DNA from: Octopus bimaculoides | Taxonomy: Eukaryota | DNA: 53,871 nucleotides | Reading direction: 5' to 3' | NCBI RefSeq assembly: GCF_001194135.2 | Contig: NC_068985.1 | Coordinates: 124,454,537-124,508,407, forward strand | Part shown: piece by piece, positions 36,070-49,061 of the stretch | Numbering within the stretch: the stretch's first letter is position 1 | Layout of the letters: each line of letters starts with the position of its first letter | The notes under the pieces: model-generated | What the model was told of the DNA's origin: nothing | Database searches by the model: none | The model's input: only the letters and a program-made list of their open reading frames with translations | Position numbers and translations under genes: made by a program

Positions 36070-38613
36070 TATATAATTTTGACTTAGTGGAGGTGGTCTA
36101 AAATTTGTACCTCCGAACAATAGGTACATCTTTATTTGTGATAATCTTAGAAACATTACTTCTTTTTACCAAGACAGAGGAACTCCGCAAATAGAACATT
36201 TCCACTCTGTTCTGATTTGTCTAGCATTTGAGCTGCACAAAACACACCTCCTTCTAGTTCCGCTTATTGGTTGATGAGCCGACTTTCTCTTTCTAATTTC
36301 TAATGAAACATGAGGCTTTCGCCCTTTATATTGAAGGCCCTTTAGTCTTTCTCTTTAGCACAATAGATTCTGCTGCTAAGCCATCAATAACTTCCAATCT
36401 GAATTTTTTCCGTGTCATATTGCAGTCCTGTACTTTCTTATTAAAGTATGAAAGCGTTTACAATTGCTGCATCAAGACAGTTAAAAAAATATTTTGTGCT
36501 ACCATTTGTGACTTCTACGGCCTATTTCATAGGTTTTCTTTAGCTGGTCAAACTTATCTACACAATTCATATGTAGGTTGTAATATTTTATCATAAGTGG
36601 GCAGTTTATTTGGAGCTTGCTTCCATCCTTTTCTCGCCTTGAAACTTGGCATATTTCAGTAGGATCGTGAAAATTTGAAGTACCATATACCACTCTCTTA
36701 TCTTTCCATTTCACAGCCGAGATTCTATCGTCAAAAATAAACCAGTCATGTTCACCTCTTTCCAAGTCTTTGTCATTCTTATAGGATTGAAGAAATTTCA
36801 CCCTTTTGTTATTTACAGTGTCACATGCAAATAATTGATCTTCTTTCAAATACTTAACTAGGTCATAGCTAGTAAAATAGTTGTCAAAAAAAATTATGGT
36901 TTCCTCCTTTTAGTTGACTTGTTAGTTTTCTAACTACATTCCCTTCTAAGTCTCTTGTAACTTTACCAGTATTTTTACCTGTATAAATTTCACCATCAAT
37001 AAAATACTCTGACTTATCTGCCAGTACCCAAATTTTGTAACCCCTATTATTGGTTTGATGGGGTTATATTGCTTTAGACTATTCCTACCCTTAAATTTTA
37101 CCATTGATTCGTCCACTGCAACTACATAACTTGCACAATAGAATTTTTTAAAGTTATTTTAACTTATTTATCATTTCAAGGTATGGTCTGACTTTGTACA
37201 ATTTAACTAAGTTAGGGGAGGCCCTTTCTGGCATAAGACAATTGTCATTCAAATGAACATGTGATAATAACCAATCGAATTTTTTTAATGGCATTAGTCT
37301 GCTTATAAAAGGATCATTTAGCTTTAGATCTGTACTCCATTAATCTCTATAACTGGGCAAATGCTTAACTCCCAACATCAAATTAATGGCCAAAAAAGTT
37401 ATTGTTTTTTTGGCAGTAATAGGAACCAAATTTTTGCCTGGTTGAACAGCGTACAAATTAGTATGAAAAACAATATGTTCTATTATGTTATCAGTGAACA
37501 ACTTACGGAATATTGCATAAGGTATGGGCTCTTGCATTTCCTGGATATCTTTTGCAACACCACTTGGTTTGGTAAAAACAGTTGTTGGTTGTGCAACATT
37601 TACCTTAGCCAATTTGGGATTTTTATTACCTGAAAAAGAGGCTAATGGAGCATCATCTGAATCAGTTTCTGATAAATCATCAAACTCTATTTTTTGCTGT
37701 TTCTTCTTCCTGAACATTATTTTGTTCTGTCAAAGCTTTATCTGAGTCATCATCATCACAAGTTGATTCATTATCTGAAAGAATATCTTCATACAAAATT
37801 CCTCCAGTCTCCTTTTGAGATAATGGATTTCGGTGGAGAGACATTCTGTAAGGGTAAAATCAGCAAATATTACTAGTTGTCACTTCACAATTTCATAAGG
37901 AATTTATAAATATTAAAAAAATATATATATATATATTGTCAAGGTACAGGATTCACACCTTCTTGGAAAATAGTAACAATATTGCTATGTAGGTACTTCA
38001 AACAAAAATACAGGTATATCAAATTACAGTTACTTCTAATTTCGTATCAACTAAGTTAAATTTTCAGACATCAATTTGATACAAATGTCTATAATGTAAA
38101 AAGTATAAAAAATACATATTACTTTTACAATGCTAAATCAACTCTTCATTGCGTGAACACGTGTTTGTTTGTTTGTTTTTTTTTGGAGGGGGGGGGGTGC
38201 TCGGTCGTTCTATAAATGTACCACTAATTTAACTAAATATAAACGTTCAAATTTTAATAATTTACCTATAATTATGCAAAATACATTTAATAAGCAAAAT
38301 ATTTAAAAAATCTTCTTACCTTCACTTCAATAAACAATTTTATAACAAAAATTTGTACTCTTGTTGTTTCGTCGACTGACCTTTGACACAAAATGGGTTC
38401 AAGTGAAAAAAATATTCCGTTTGTGTCGCAGAAATTGTTGCCAGGTGTAAGGGTAACTTCTGATTGGCTGATAGGTGAAGTGGTACATTTTCTGAGCTAC
38501 CGACCATGCAGCGAAAAGAATTTTAAGTTTCGTTACGAATTATGCATCATCACTCATTAAACTGATAGAAATAAGTGGTACTTAATTTGTGCCACCCAGC
38601 TCGAAAGAGTTAA
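36070..38613 (-). mobile_element. piggyBac element
   Basis: The right end reads TTAA (38610-38613) + ctctttcgagctgggtggcacaaattaagtacc inward. Only a degenerate counterpart (ggaggtggtctaaaatttgtacc) is seen near 36085-36110, so the left boundary is approximate. Confidence 0.7.
36132..37844 (-). pseudogene. piggyBac transposase pseudogene (PGBD-like) with several stops and frameshifts
   Basis: Contains VAVDESMVKFKGR, IFFDNYFTS and NCVDKFDQLK (the three catalytic Asp regions), KWKDKRVV, and a C-terminal Cys-rich domain RRRCVLCSS..WKCSICGVPL-C...YHK*. ATG at 37844, stop at 36132-36134. Confidence 0.92.
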
Positions 38614-40089
38614 ACACACGATTTCACATCAAAATCCTTGCGAAACAAACACAAAAGAAAAATAGCTAGACCTATATTATACAATAGTTCCACCGTTTTT
38701 AAGCAGGTAGAGTACAATTTCAGAGAGATCTGTGCGCTATTTCTAGCAGATCAGACAACCATATAAACGCTTCCTCGTTTTGCCAACGACTTGGATTAAG
38801 GTCAATCCGCAGGCTTCGGGAAAATGTCTGTCTAGATTTTGCATTTAAGAAATACACAAATGTGTTGTTTACATGGTATTGTATTTAATTTGATGTATGA
38901 CCAGAGCCAGGACTTCAACCGAGAAATTTCTCATATATCAGAATGCATCTGCTATTAGCCAACCGTCTAATTTACGAAACACAAAATTAAAATATTAGAT
39001 AATATTGTTTGATAATAATTGTATTTGCATGGAGTTCGATGATCAACTTCGTCCAAACCTGTTGAAAATCCCTCTTAATTATGGAGGTGTAATGTTTTGG
39101 AAATTTATAGAGTATTTTTGTCTTTATATTGTTTAGTGCTCTAATATTTACCATAATTTCTTTCTGAAATATCTTGTTACATTACATTTAATTCAATTTA
39201 ATGTGGACTTCAAATATAAAGAAAGCTCTCCAGCCTCGATTAAAATTATCATTTTTGTAGCAATAACTTGTCTCGGACAAGTTGCTCCAGTGTTGTTCCA
39301 GCATGGCCACAGTCCATAAGAGTGAAACAGAAACGAAGAATGGTAATAACAATTATTAATAACTTCGTTATTTTAATGACATTTTAGTTCCCAAACCTCT
39401 GTACTTCGATCGTTCTTGTAGTAATTTCTTTTTGACGAGATTATTGTCGGCTGGATCTGACACTTCAATCAATCTAAAAATGCAATCACACTTAACATTT
39501 AATGATGATAGCCACCAGATGGCTCTGATTCATTTAACTGTTTGAACTACTTAGTCCGATAAAACAAGTCTATTGTCTTGTAGCAGGAATATTCAGTAGT
39601 CAGATCACTACGCCCGATGTCGTGATTCGCTAGAATGTTACTCACGTGATAAAAACAAATCTAACCAATCACGACTTCGCCTAAAGCTGGCGCCAACAAC
39701 AATTCAATCTTTTCGCGCCTTTCTCTCAGTACAGATTCGGTGCTCAGAGAATATTGACAGACACCATGGAAGACGGCCAACAGGAATGACGGGCAGCAGC
39801 TGACCCGAGCTGACAACAATCACAACGAATGATCGGCAACAGCAGCAGCTAACTTTTGACTTCTATTACAACTACACCAAGAACAATAACATTCAAACTC
39901 TCCCGACATTTTGCTGTTCGCAGTGACGACAGTATTTGATTTTTGTGTGCGAAAAGAATAAAAATTTTGTTTACCATAAATCTCCCAGATTTCGTTGTCT
40001 GTTTTGTATAGTCTAATATGCATGCATGCATATACACACACACGCACGCACGTACGCACACGCACACATACATACATACATACATACAT

Positions 40090-41105
40090 TCTCAAAGGAT
40101 ATAAGGTTAGAGTTTGGCCAGGATAAATGTTGCTATATGATTGTGAAAAGAAGGAAAACTGTAAAGTAGACTAGCAACATCTCCATCAATGACTTAACTG
40201 TTTCTCCTATATCTGATGAGGAATGGATGAGTGTGAATGAAAACATTTCTTACAATGGCACTTGTAACAAAATACTAAAGAATATTACAGCTGAATAAAG
40301 AAAATATGGACCTCGGAACTCTCTGCATTCAATAAAACAGTGACCCACAATGTGTTTGCAGTGCCAGTACAAATACCAACATTTCGTACACAAAAAGCAA
40401 GTACTGTCGTTACTACAAACAACATTTGGTCTACTTGACTGGACACTTGATGATATCCCAGCCACTGATGAGAAAACCCGGAAGATACTAATCAGCACAC
40501 ATAATTTCCACACTAACAGTGACGTAGACCGCCTCTGCCTAAAACGAAAGCAAGGAGGCAGAGGCTTAACATCAATCCAGACTGCCTTTGACTGTCGTAT
40601 CATATCCCTTCGGCAACATCTTTTAACCACCAAGTGTCGAAATGCATCCCCTGACTAAGTCTGCATAAATGAAGTTGATAGCATCATGAGACTTAGAAAG
40701 CAGCTCCTTGAGCAGCATTCCTTGTATAATAACCTTAAATACATGCCCAAAAAAGTTGTCAGACGAAAGGATGAGCGTATATCAGCAGAAGACCATGCAT
40801 GGATATGTTAGTAGACAACTCCGGGATGATAGTAACATTACTCATCAAAGCAGTCTAACATGGACCAACAACCGGATTACTAACTCCTACTTTGAATGGT
40901 ATGCGTTTGCAATCCAGGAACAGGAAATATCAACCAAATACCTGATGCACAAAAAGCGACAGAGACGTAGGAAAAGCAGCCAAATGCGGTAACCGATGCG
41001 GACTTTGTGAAATAAACACCGAAGATATCATCCACATCATAAGAAGCTGTCCGAAAATGTCAACACGATATTATCTACTGATGCGACGTGATGTTATAGC
41101 CAAGC
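40090..41105 (+). pseudogene. R4/Dong-like LINE fragment (late RT/thumb to CCHC finger)
   Basis: DIRLEFGQDKC..SDVDRLCLKRKQGGRGL..KTMHG..YAFAIQEQEISTKY..CGLCEINTEDIIHIIRSC, typical of the R4 clade. Confidence 0.85.
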
Positions 41106-41929
41106 ATTTTGCCCGACGTGCTAACGATTTTGTCAGCCTTAAATAATTCTAACATATTCTCTGCACATTTTCAACTTCATTTCTTCTATACTTTCCTCTT
41201 GGATTAATNNNNNNNNNNNNNNNNNNNNNNNNNNNNNNNNNNNNNNNNNNNNNNNNNNNNNNNNNNNNNNNNNNNNNNNNNNNNNNNNNNNNNNNNNNNN
41301 NNNNNNNNNNNNNNNNNNNNNNNNNNNNNNNNNNNNNNNNNNNNNNNNNNNNNNNNNNNNNNNNNNNNNNNNNNNNNNNNNNNNNNNNNNNNNNNNNNNN
41401 NNNNNNNNNNNNNNNNNNNNNNNNNNNNNNNNNNNNNNNNNNNNNNNNNNNNNNNNNNNNNNNNNNNNNNNNNNNNNNNNNNATATATACATGTGTGTGT
41501 GTGTGTGTGTGTGTATTTGTGTGTCTGTGCTGGTCCCCCACCATCGCTTGACAACCAATGCTGGTGTGTTTACGTCCCCGTAACTTAGCGGTTCCGCAAA
41601 AGATGAAGACAGGTGGTGTAGACAACAAACAGATGTAATAGTTTAGCGCTCATGCGCGCGCGCGCAAACATACACATATAACTATGTATATATTCATAAA
41701 TAAGCTTTATTACTCTTAATATATTCAAGTTTTTGCATTACTGACATTGAGTATCCAGACACAATGTTGTTAGTCGACCAAATTTGACCTCACATAGTCG
41801 GCTTCTTTGAATATTGACCTTGAGCAACTTTAAAGAACTTCATGGTATTAGATTTTAAGATGATTTAGATTTATCAGTCACTAATCAGTACCTGATTTAC
41901 TGTGACATCTGAAGTAGTGTTCAATCTTT

Positions 41930-44360
41930 CTTTGGGGGAGGGAGGGGGTTCCAAGACTATTTTCTTTGTGTGTATTAAGGGTACCGTATTTCAGCTTTTT
42001 GCATATTTGCTTTCATCTATTTGCCAATGTTATTTGTATTATAAATGTCCAGCATGTTCACACTAGCTCTAATATAGTTAGATTCTTATAGGATAGGAAT
42101 GAAACTTCTTTGCCTCATGATTTACAATTACTTTGAGAATCCGGTTGAGTCTGAATAACTTTCTTAGCCGACCGTTTCTGTTTTTGAAAGTAATTTCAAT
42201 TTGATTAGTCGGTCTGTTGTGGAAAGAAAATAGTTCTGGCGTATAAGGTAGGGCCTAACATAAAAGAAATGTTAAGCTTGTTATTTCTCTGGACTCTAGA
42301 TATTTTTCCTTTGTTATTTTTCTATATAAGCCAACAGTCGAATTTCTCTTATCTTGAAAATTTATATCTTCACAACGTCCGTTTCAAGACAGTGTATATC
42401 ATTGCACAGTGAGAAGTTCCCTACTTTTGATATACATCTTTATCATCTCCGACAAGATCCAGTTAACAATATGGAATGTGTATCAAATGCTTAGGACAAC
42501 TCAACTGCACTGACCTGGCTGACAGAAATGAATCACTTTTCAGTGTGAACTGAACACGTTTTGTAGTTCATCCTAATTTTTCTCTTTTCATACAACTAAA
42601 TCCACTCTCTTCTCAAATACCAAAATGTATGGTGTTCTGCGTTCATCTCTTGCATGTGTATATAAGTATTGAAGATGACTGGTGAAAATTGCGGATGGTC
42701 ATCTCTTAGACTTCGCATTCGTATGTTTGTTAAAACTAAAAATTCATTTGGGTACCATTATAAAATTATATCACACTTTGATTGCTGCTTTCATTATAAA
42801 GGTATAATCTTCTATTAAAAATAGGTGGCTAATCTGTTCTCATTTGATCGTGAAACCACTCAGGAAGCTACTTTCCTTCCTCCTTCCTATCAGTCTCAGA
42901 CAGATCAGTTCAGTTTCTGAGGTGCCCAACAACACGTGGTGTTGTCCACGTATGCAGACACTAACCTTTTGTGCCAGTTATCCACTATTGGCAATAAGGA
43001 CACAAAAATTAAAACAGACAGAAGCGACGAGAGAGGGAAACTAACCGAACTGATGATGTCGAAAGATTCCGATATGTAGCCATTAACTCTCATCACTGAA
43101 CATATGCTGCTGTAAAATACTGATTCAATCTCAGAAAATGGAACTGGTCGCTTTAGGACAGCAATAATCAGTCCCTTGAGACGTGTTCAACAACTCTAAA
43201 TTGATCAGGGTCTCACCAAAACTAACTAAATATATCCAGTCAAGTGATGATGGGTTTGTTATGGAAAGATCTCCCGTAAATTGTGGATGTTTGTATGGCT
43301 CCAACAACATATCAAGGAAGAACTGTAAACATTTGGGTAGTATAAATAAATTTTATCTTTGCATAGAGCAAAAATTTATGCATAAATTGTCAAGGATGAT
43401 TCTGTCACTGCATCGTTCTTCAGCAGTACCACTATACTCTGGATCACACAGCTGGGAAATTTCCCAATCCACTTTCCGTTACAGTACACGTCAACTAAGA
43501 CCTGAGCAAACAATTCCTTTCGAATTGTGTTTGTTTGACTTGTCAGATACTGTTACGGGTCATTGTCCCTACTTCAACTTTTCTGTTGAGACAGTTGTCA
43601 TGAACTATCTTTGAAGACTCAAACTATTACTGTCTCCAGTTCGCTTCCACCGCAAGCACCTGCTAGAAAATAGATACCACAAATCCACAACGGTCCGTCA
43701 AAGACCGTAAAGTAGTTTTATTGCCACGTTGAATCATTTCCACTCAGGATCAATCAACGGCTTCTGTACCTTCGTGTCTTGGAACATGCATTTTATCATA
43801 AACAATGAATGGTCAAAGACCAATCTCACCAACAGCAAGTGGGCTTCGATATTTTCCTTCATTCCTCTCCCAGTCTACGAACTAACTAGTCGATTACACT
43901 CTAATTTTTAATGTCTAACTCACCTACCATTTATTAGTTACAGTAACCTCCGTCAATTACAGTTTGTCTTTTTCGCAATCAGCTGCCAACATCCGAAAGC
44001 CTTTCTGCACGTCTTATGTAAGTTGACCATTACATACCACAAACTTGAGCTGTCTAGCCAATAATTTATCTTTACTATTCTTACGACTAATCAAATGAAT
44101 ATTCTGTCTAAATATGACCTGGATGACCGACTACGATTTTTCAAAGTACGCATTGATGCATTCTGGAAATCCATTCCATACCTCTCACACAGATAGAGTT
44201 GGTCGATCAGTCTTAAGACAACGACGAACTGAGGGAACTACAGTACGCATATTCTGTTTTCTCCACATCGTTGTTCTAATCTCTTTTTCTAGACAGAACT
44301 GCTACTGTCACTATAAATTTCACGTGTCTACATTCACGTTCTTATTTCTCTATTGACATT
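41930..44360 (-). pseudogene. Decayed L1/Tx1-like LINE ORF2 (APE + RT)
   Basis: SRSYLDRIF (APE C-terminal motif) and MRVNGYISESFDIISS..PLSSLL..VSAYVDNTT (RT motifs around QGCPLSP and YADD). Many stops; boundaries approximate. Confidence 0.7.
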
Positions 44361-44944
44361 GTTCATGATAGGTTTGTTGTCGAAATTATAAAAGTCATTA
44401 ATGTTATTTTGGCAAATATTCATAATATAAAAAAATATTTGCTTTTCTTTCCCGTGTTGGCACCGTGTCTCTATTGAAAAGAATTTCGTCACTAAAAGCA
44501 GAATGATTTTTTTTTCTTCCCAGTAGAGAATATATACAGCAATTCTACACTTCTCCTCCTCTTCTTTGAATATAATAAGTGATAAATCTCTTTGTATGCC
44601 AATGTGTGTGTGTGTGTATGTAACCGGACGAGACAAGACATACTGGAACCCGGTTATGAAGGCAATGGAGCGGTCACAGTATAGTTTGTTTTCACGCTAT
44701 AAATAATGGCAGTTTCTAAGATGACCCTTGCGTACTAAGATTTTTAGACTTTACAGCTACATATTTACTATGTGAGTATATTTCTTCAGAGTGGATATTT
44801 TTACTTTGTAACTCAATTCAGAAAAAGAAACCAAGGTTGATTCGTTCTTTGTATACATGAGTGCTATTTTTTTTCTCCTTTTTCTTTTTTCAATTTGTAG
44901 CAGACAAATAAATAATAAGTTTTTATACAGGCACACTGACAGAA

Positions 44945-45240
44945 AGTGGAAGGCAAACTTGACCCTAACAAGGTTTGAATTTCGACCGCAAAAACTCACA
45001 AAATGCAAATATTTTTGTCCGGCGCTTAACGATCTTGCCAGTCTACTACCTTTCACAGTTCTTTCCAATATAGGCACAGGGTATATTAGCCATTTAAATA
45101 GACCTCGGTACTAGACTGGTACTTTATTTTATCGTCTCCCGAAGGATGAAAGACAACGGTGATCTCAGTGAAACTTGAACTCAAAAAGTAAAAATCCAGC
45201 ACTTTAATGGTTCTGTCAATCCACCACCTTTAGCCACCCT
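44945..45240 (-). mobile_element. Two degenerate SINE family A copies
   Basis: gaaggcaaacttgac..tttgaatt..cttaacgatc, and ggcacagg..ggatgaaagac..ttgaactc. Confidence 0.65.
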
Positions 45241-45357
45241 GAAGAAGAAGAAGAAAAAGAAGAAGAAGAAGAAGAAGAAGAAGAAGAAGAAGAAGAAGAA
45301 GAAGAAGAAGAAGAAGAAGAAGAAGAAGAAGAAGAAGAAGAAGAAGAAGAAGAAGAN
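45240..45357. repeat. (AAG)n microsatellite
   Basis: Seen directly. Confidence 0.98.
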
Positions 45358-45768
45358 NNNNNNNNNNNNNNNNNNNNNNNNNNNNNNNNNNNNNNNNNNN
45401 NNNNNNNNNNNNNNNNNNNNNNNNNNNNNNNNNNNNNNNNNNNNNNNNNNNNNNNNNNNNNNNNNNNNNNNNNNNNNNNNNNNNNNNNNNNNNNNNNNNN
45501 NNNNNNNNNNNNNNNNNNNNNNNNNNNNNNNNNNNNNNNNNNNNNNNNNNNNNNNNNNNNNNNNNNNNNNNNNNNNNNNNNNNNNNNNNNNNNNNNNNNN
45601 NNNNNNNNNNNNNNNNNNNNNNNNNNNNNNNNNNNNNNNNNNNNNNNNNNNNNNNNNNNNNNNNNNNNNNNNNNNNNNNNNNNNNNNNNNNNNNNNNNNN
45701 NNNNNNNNNNNNNNNNNNNNNNNNNNNNNNNNNNNNNNNNNNNNNNNNNNNNNNNNNNNNNNNNNNNN

Positions 45769-45836
45769 GGTAGTGAAGTGAAAGCACGTTATAAAAATAA
45801 AACTACTGAACAATAATAATAATAATAATAATAATG

Positions 45837-45904
<68 letters not shown>
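45769..45904 (+). mobile_element. Probable retroelement 3' terminus with (AAT)n tail
   Basis: ggtagtgaagtgaaagcacgttataaaaataaaactactgaac followed by (AAT)~30, next to an N-gap. Recalled as an R4/Dong-type end. Confidence 0.45.
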
Positions 45905-45905
<1 letters not shown>

Positions 45906-46879
45906 GTTCAAGGCAATATGATTTCAAATTCATTTAATCATTTCTATATCTGCAGATGAATCGTTTTTACATAGTGTACATAATCAGTGCAAACGCCATC
46001 GCGTTTTTAATCGCTTAAAAGAGAAGACGGTACCCATGACCCCTTTCGAAACTAGTGAGAAGGAGAGGGGAAGATTTCTCTAAATCGGAAACCTTGACCG
46101 AATGCTTGCAACAAATTTGGCTCCACTAAAAACACCTTAGAGCTATGTGGTGATGCTAAACTGAGTGACCGATTAAGTCTACCGCCGAAATAGATGACAG
46201 CGGAATTTAAACTTAAAACGCAAAGAGCCGGAACAAATACTGCAGGTTTTTCATTCCAAGTACTCATGTACGACCTTCTCAATAAACTAATTTATTTTTT
46301 GATTTCGTAGTTGTGTAAAGTAAGGTTTCACAATTTTCCAGTATTCCTTCCTTGTTGAGAAATACTATCAGGTTTATTTCATCTCACTCCTCAAGTTCAT
46401 AATCTATTCAAATGATGTTTCTTTTTACGTTCTTGCAAACTTAATTTGGTTAGTGGATTACCTTTCTCCGTCAGTGCTGCAATGCTGCAAACCACACCCC
46501 GTGTGATATCAATACAGATTAAGATCACGACAACTCTACTTATGTGGGAAATATTTGAAATTGCAGAGATTAATTGATAGTAATTTTATTACGTTCGTTC
46601 ATCTGGAGTAGCAGATTTGCTTGAAGAAGTGAGACTGATGAGTTGGAAATTTCTAATTTTGCTTAGTTATTACGGAAGTCATCAAAATTAAAATCTTCCC
46701 TCTTATTTCAAGTTAATTCTTTTTTTCAACTAACACTTTAATAATGACAAAGTTTTACAAAATTCTTCACAGTGTAGTGCAGGATTCGTGATAGACTAAC
46801 TATAGACAGAAACTTCGCTGCGGGCTAGCTAGGAAGTGAGTTAGCAGGAAGACAAAAGGGATTTCCGGTAGGAGAAAAA

Positions 46880-47340
46880 CAAAAGAACGTCAACAGTGAG
46901 TGTGAAACGAATCTGAGTGAACTTGTTGGCATCCTTTTGTCTCGAGAGACAATGGAGTTGCGCATAAACTAATCCAGTCTGGTTTTTACATTTCATGTCC
47001 TCTCCAGTTTTGCGCCGGCCTGAGCTAGATGTAAGAAAATCCTGGGTAACCCAATCGTCAGGATTCCACTCTCGACCTTGCTGACGTAGTCCAAAGGAGT
47101 GCAGAGCATTATGTTTGGCACCAGCTTGGTTGCAGGAGCTGCCGGAAGAGTGTCGAGTCGAACACTAAACCGCCTACGGGGCTCCACTCCGGATTTCTTT
47201 GAAGGTTGTCTCCTTTCTGTAACCCTGGATAGGGGCCCATACTGGGTACTGTCAGCCGGAGCCAGCTGAGCTCGGGACTCGTGTCAGATAAGGTCGTCAC
47301 TCCCCGAAGTAGTGAAGAAAATCGCTACCCACAACCTAAA
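46880..47340 (-). mobile_element. RTE-clade LINE 5' UTR remnant
   Basis: GC-rich; aaatccggagtggagcccc..ggcagctcctgc..gctggtgccaaac..ttcctttggac-like..ctggagaggac motifs recalled from RTE 5' UTRs. Confidence 0.55.
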
Positions 47341-47469
47341 CAGAAATACCTGACGACTTAAGCCCTAATGTACGTAAAGTAATAAACCTTTGATAAATGT
47401 GTTCTCGTCTCCACTAGTATGTTTTCCAAAGAAATATGACAAAATGGTTTGAGAATCGCTTGTGTGTAA

Positions 47470-47860
47470 GCATAATGTTTTGTGGTATTTATCCCGGTTC
47501 TTTACGTCCTGAGTTCAAATACCACTGAAATCAACTCTGGCTTTCATTTCTATTATAAACCCCAGGCCAACCAAGGTCTCATTGGTGAATTTGGTAGGCG
47601 GAAACGGAAAGAAGCCTTCGCGCGCGCGTGTTTTTGTTTGTGTGCGTCTTTGTGTTTGTCTCCCACCACTGCTGCAGAACAGGCGTCGATTTGTTTATGT
47701 CATCGTAAATTAGCAGCTCGACAAAAAGAGACTGATAGAATAAGTACCAGGCTTGTGAAAATAAGTCATGGGATTCGATTCGTTCGACTAAAATCCTTCA
47801 AGGCGGTGCCCCAGCATGACCGCAATCTAATGATTGAAACAAGTAAAAGATAAAAGATAC
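47470..47860 (+). mobile_element. Chimeric SINE: family A 5' part joined to a CORE-like/family B body and tail
   Basis: Family A sequence runs to ctttcat (~47548), then ttctattataaaccccaggccaaccaagg..ggaaacggaaagaagcc (compare 53270-53340 on minus) and the family B 3' half. Confidence 0.6.
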
Positions 47861-48749
47861 CAGCCAAGTTTTGGGGTCATTATTAATGACTAACCCACCC
47901 ATTTTTCCAGCCTTGTGCCAATATAAGAGATTGAAAGCCATAGCCACAGTTGTTTCATATTATCATATATGTTAGTGTGACACTAGTAGCGTGACAATGA
48001 TTTTCAGAGCTCGGAGATGCAAGGACACTTTTGATGACCAAACTTTAACTGACAGACACAATAAGCCAAAGGAAACTTTGCATCCCTATACTTTTATTCC
48101 AAAGGGTGGGAAACGACTAGCCACCCATCATTATGCCTCTATGTGGCTGTGAATATAATCCAGATTTATATTGGAATCCAAACTAACATCGAAAATAAAA
48201 TTAAGGAATCCTTATGAACAACTTCTTTTTGACAGATTCATAAATGACATGTAAGATTCGATAATAAAAATAATAATCCTTTCTACTATAGGCACAGGGC
48301 CTGAAATTTTGTCGGAGAGGGGCCGGTCGATTATATCGACCCCAAATGTTCAGATCTTTTCTGTTGATGTCACAGATTTTGACATTTTAAAATAAGTAAA
48401 AATTTTCAAATTTGGTATATTCATGTAATTTTTTACACTGAATCCAATTTTGTTACTATATGTTCCTGAAAAATTTTATGAAAGTGTAACAGAGGTTTAA
48501 AGTTTGGTGATTTTTATCCTATTAGAAAACAGGATTTGGAAGCTGGCATTTTCTGTGTGACAGATGTCTATCACAAAATGAAAACAAAAACATTACGACG
48601 GCGAATTTTTATTAAACAAAATGAAAGCAAAGCATTACGACGACGAAAGTTGTAAGAAGTTTTGAAGTTTTAATGAATAAAGTTATGTGAAAGGGTCGAA
48701 CAGATATCCTCAACGAAATTTTTTGCGAAAACTTACAAAAAAAATCTGT

Positions 48750-48915
48750 ACGTTAGGATTTAGGGTTAGGGTTAAGTCTTGGATTTAAGGTTAAGGATAA
48801 GGTTTAAGGTTAAGGATAGGATTTAGGATTAGAGTTAGGGTTTAGGCTTAGGCTTAGGATTTAGGGTTCGGGTTTATGGTCACGATTGTGGCTTAGGATT
48901 AGGGTTTGAGTTATA
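48750..48915 (+). repeat. Degenerate TTAGGG-like tandem repeats
   Basis: ttagggttagggttaag..ttaggattagagttagggtttaggcttaggcttagg. Confidence 0.85.
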
Positions 48916-48949
48916 GTTTGACTCGTCCAAGAAATTATACTGTATAAAA

Positions 48950-49061
48950 GAACATGACACACGGTAGTAAGCCTTTCTTTACGCAAGTTTCTTTTAGGAA
49001 TAATACCCGTCTTTTGAAAGTAAGAAATTGCATCCTCCTCGGTTTTCATTTTCTCCGTCAT
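48950..49061 (-). pseudogene. Possible Merlin/IS1595-type transposase N-terminal remnant
   Basis: MTEKMKTEEDAISYFQKTGIIPK resembles the TEExAxxFFQxxGILPK start recalled for Merlin transposases. The match is short. Confidence 0.4.

Noticed and set aside
43045-43075. ctgatgatgtcgaaag, hammerhead-core-like (also ctgatga at about 12356, 13397, 26583 and 40464)
   Set aside because: No stem I/II/III pairing. These lie inside LINE coding remnants or other repeats and are chance matches.
11016-45933. Long ORFs spanning N-gaps (11153-11608, 12372-12836, 14471-14555, 23780-24198, 27990-28697, 32516-33159, 41209-41482, 45358-45768)
   Set aside because: They are open only because Ns cannot form stops. 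Most gap edges are microsatellites, and several belong to SINEs with internal repeats.
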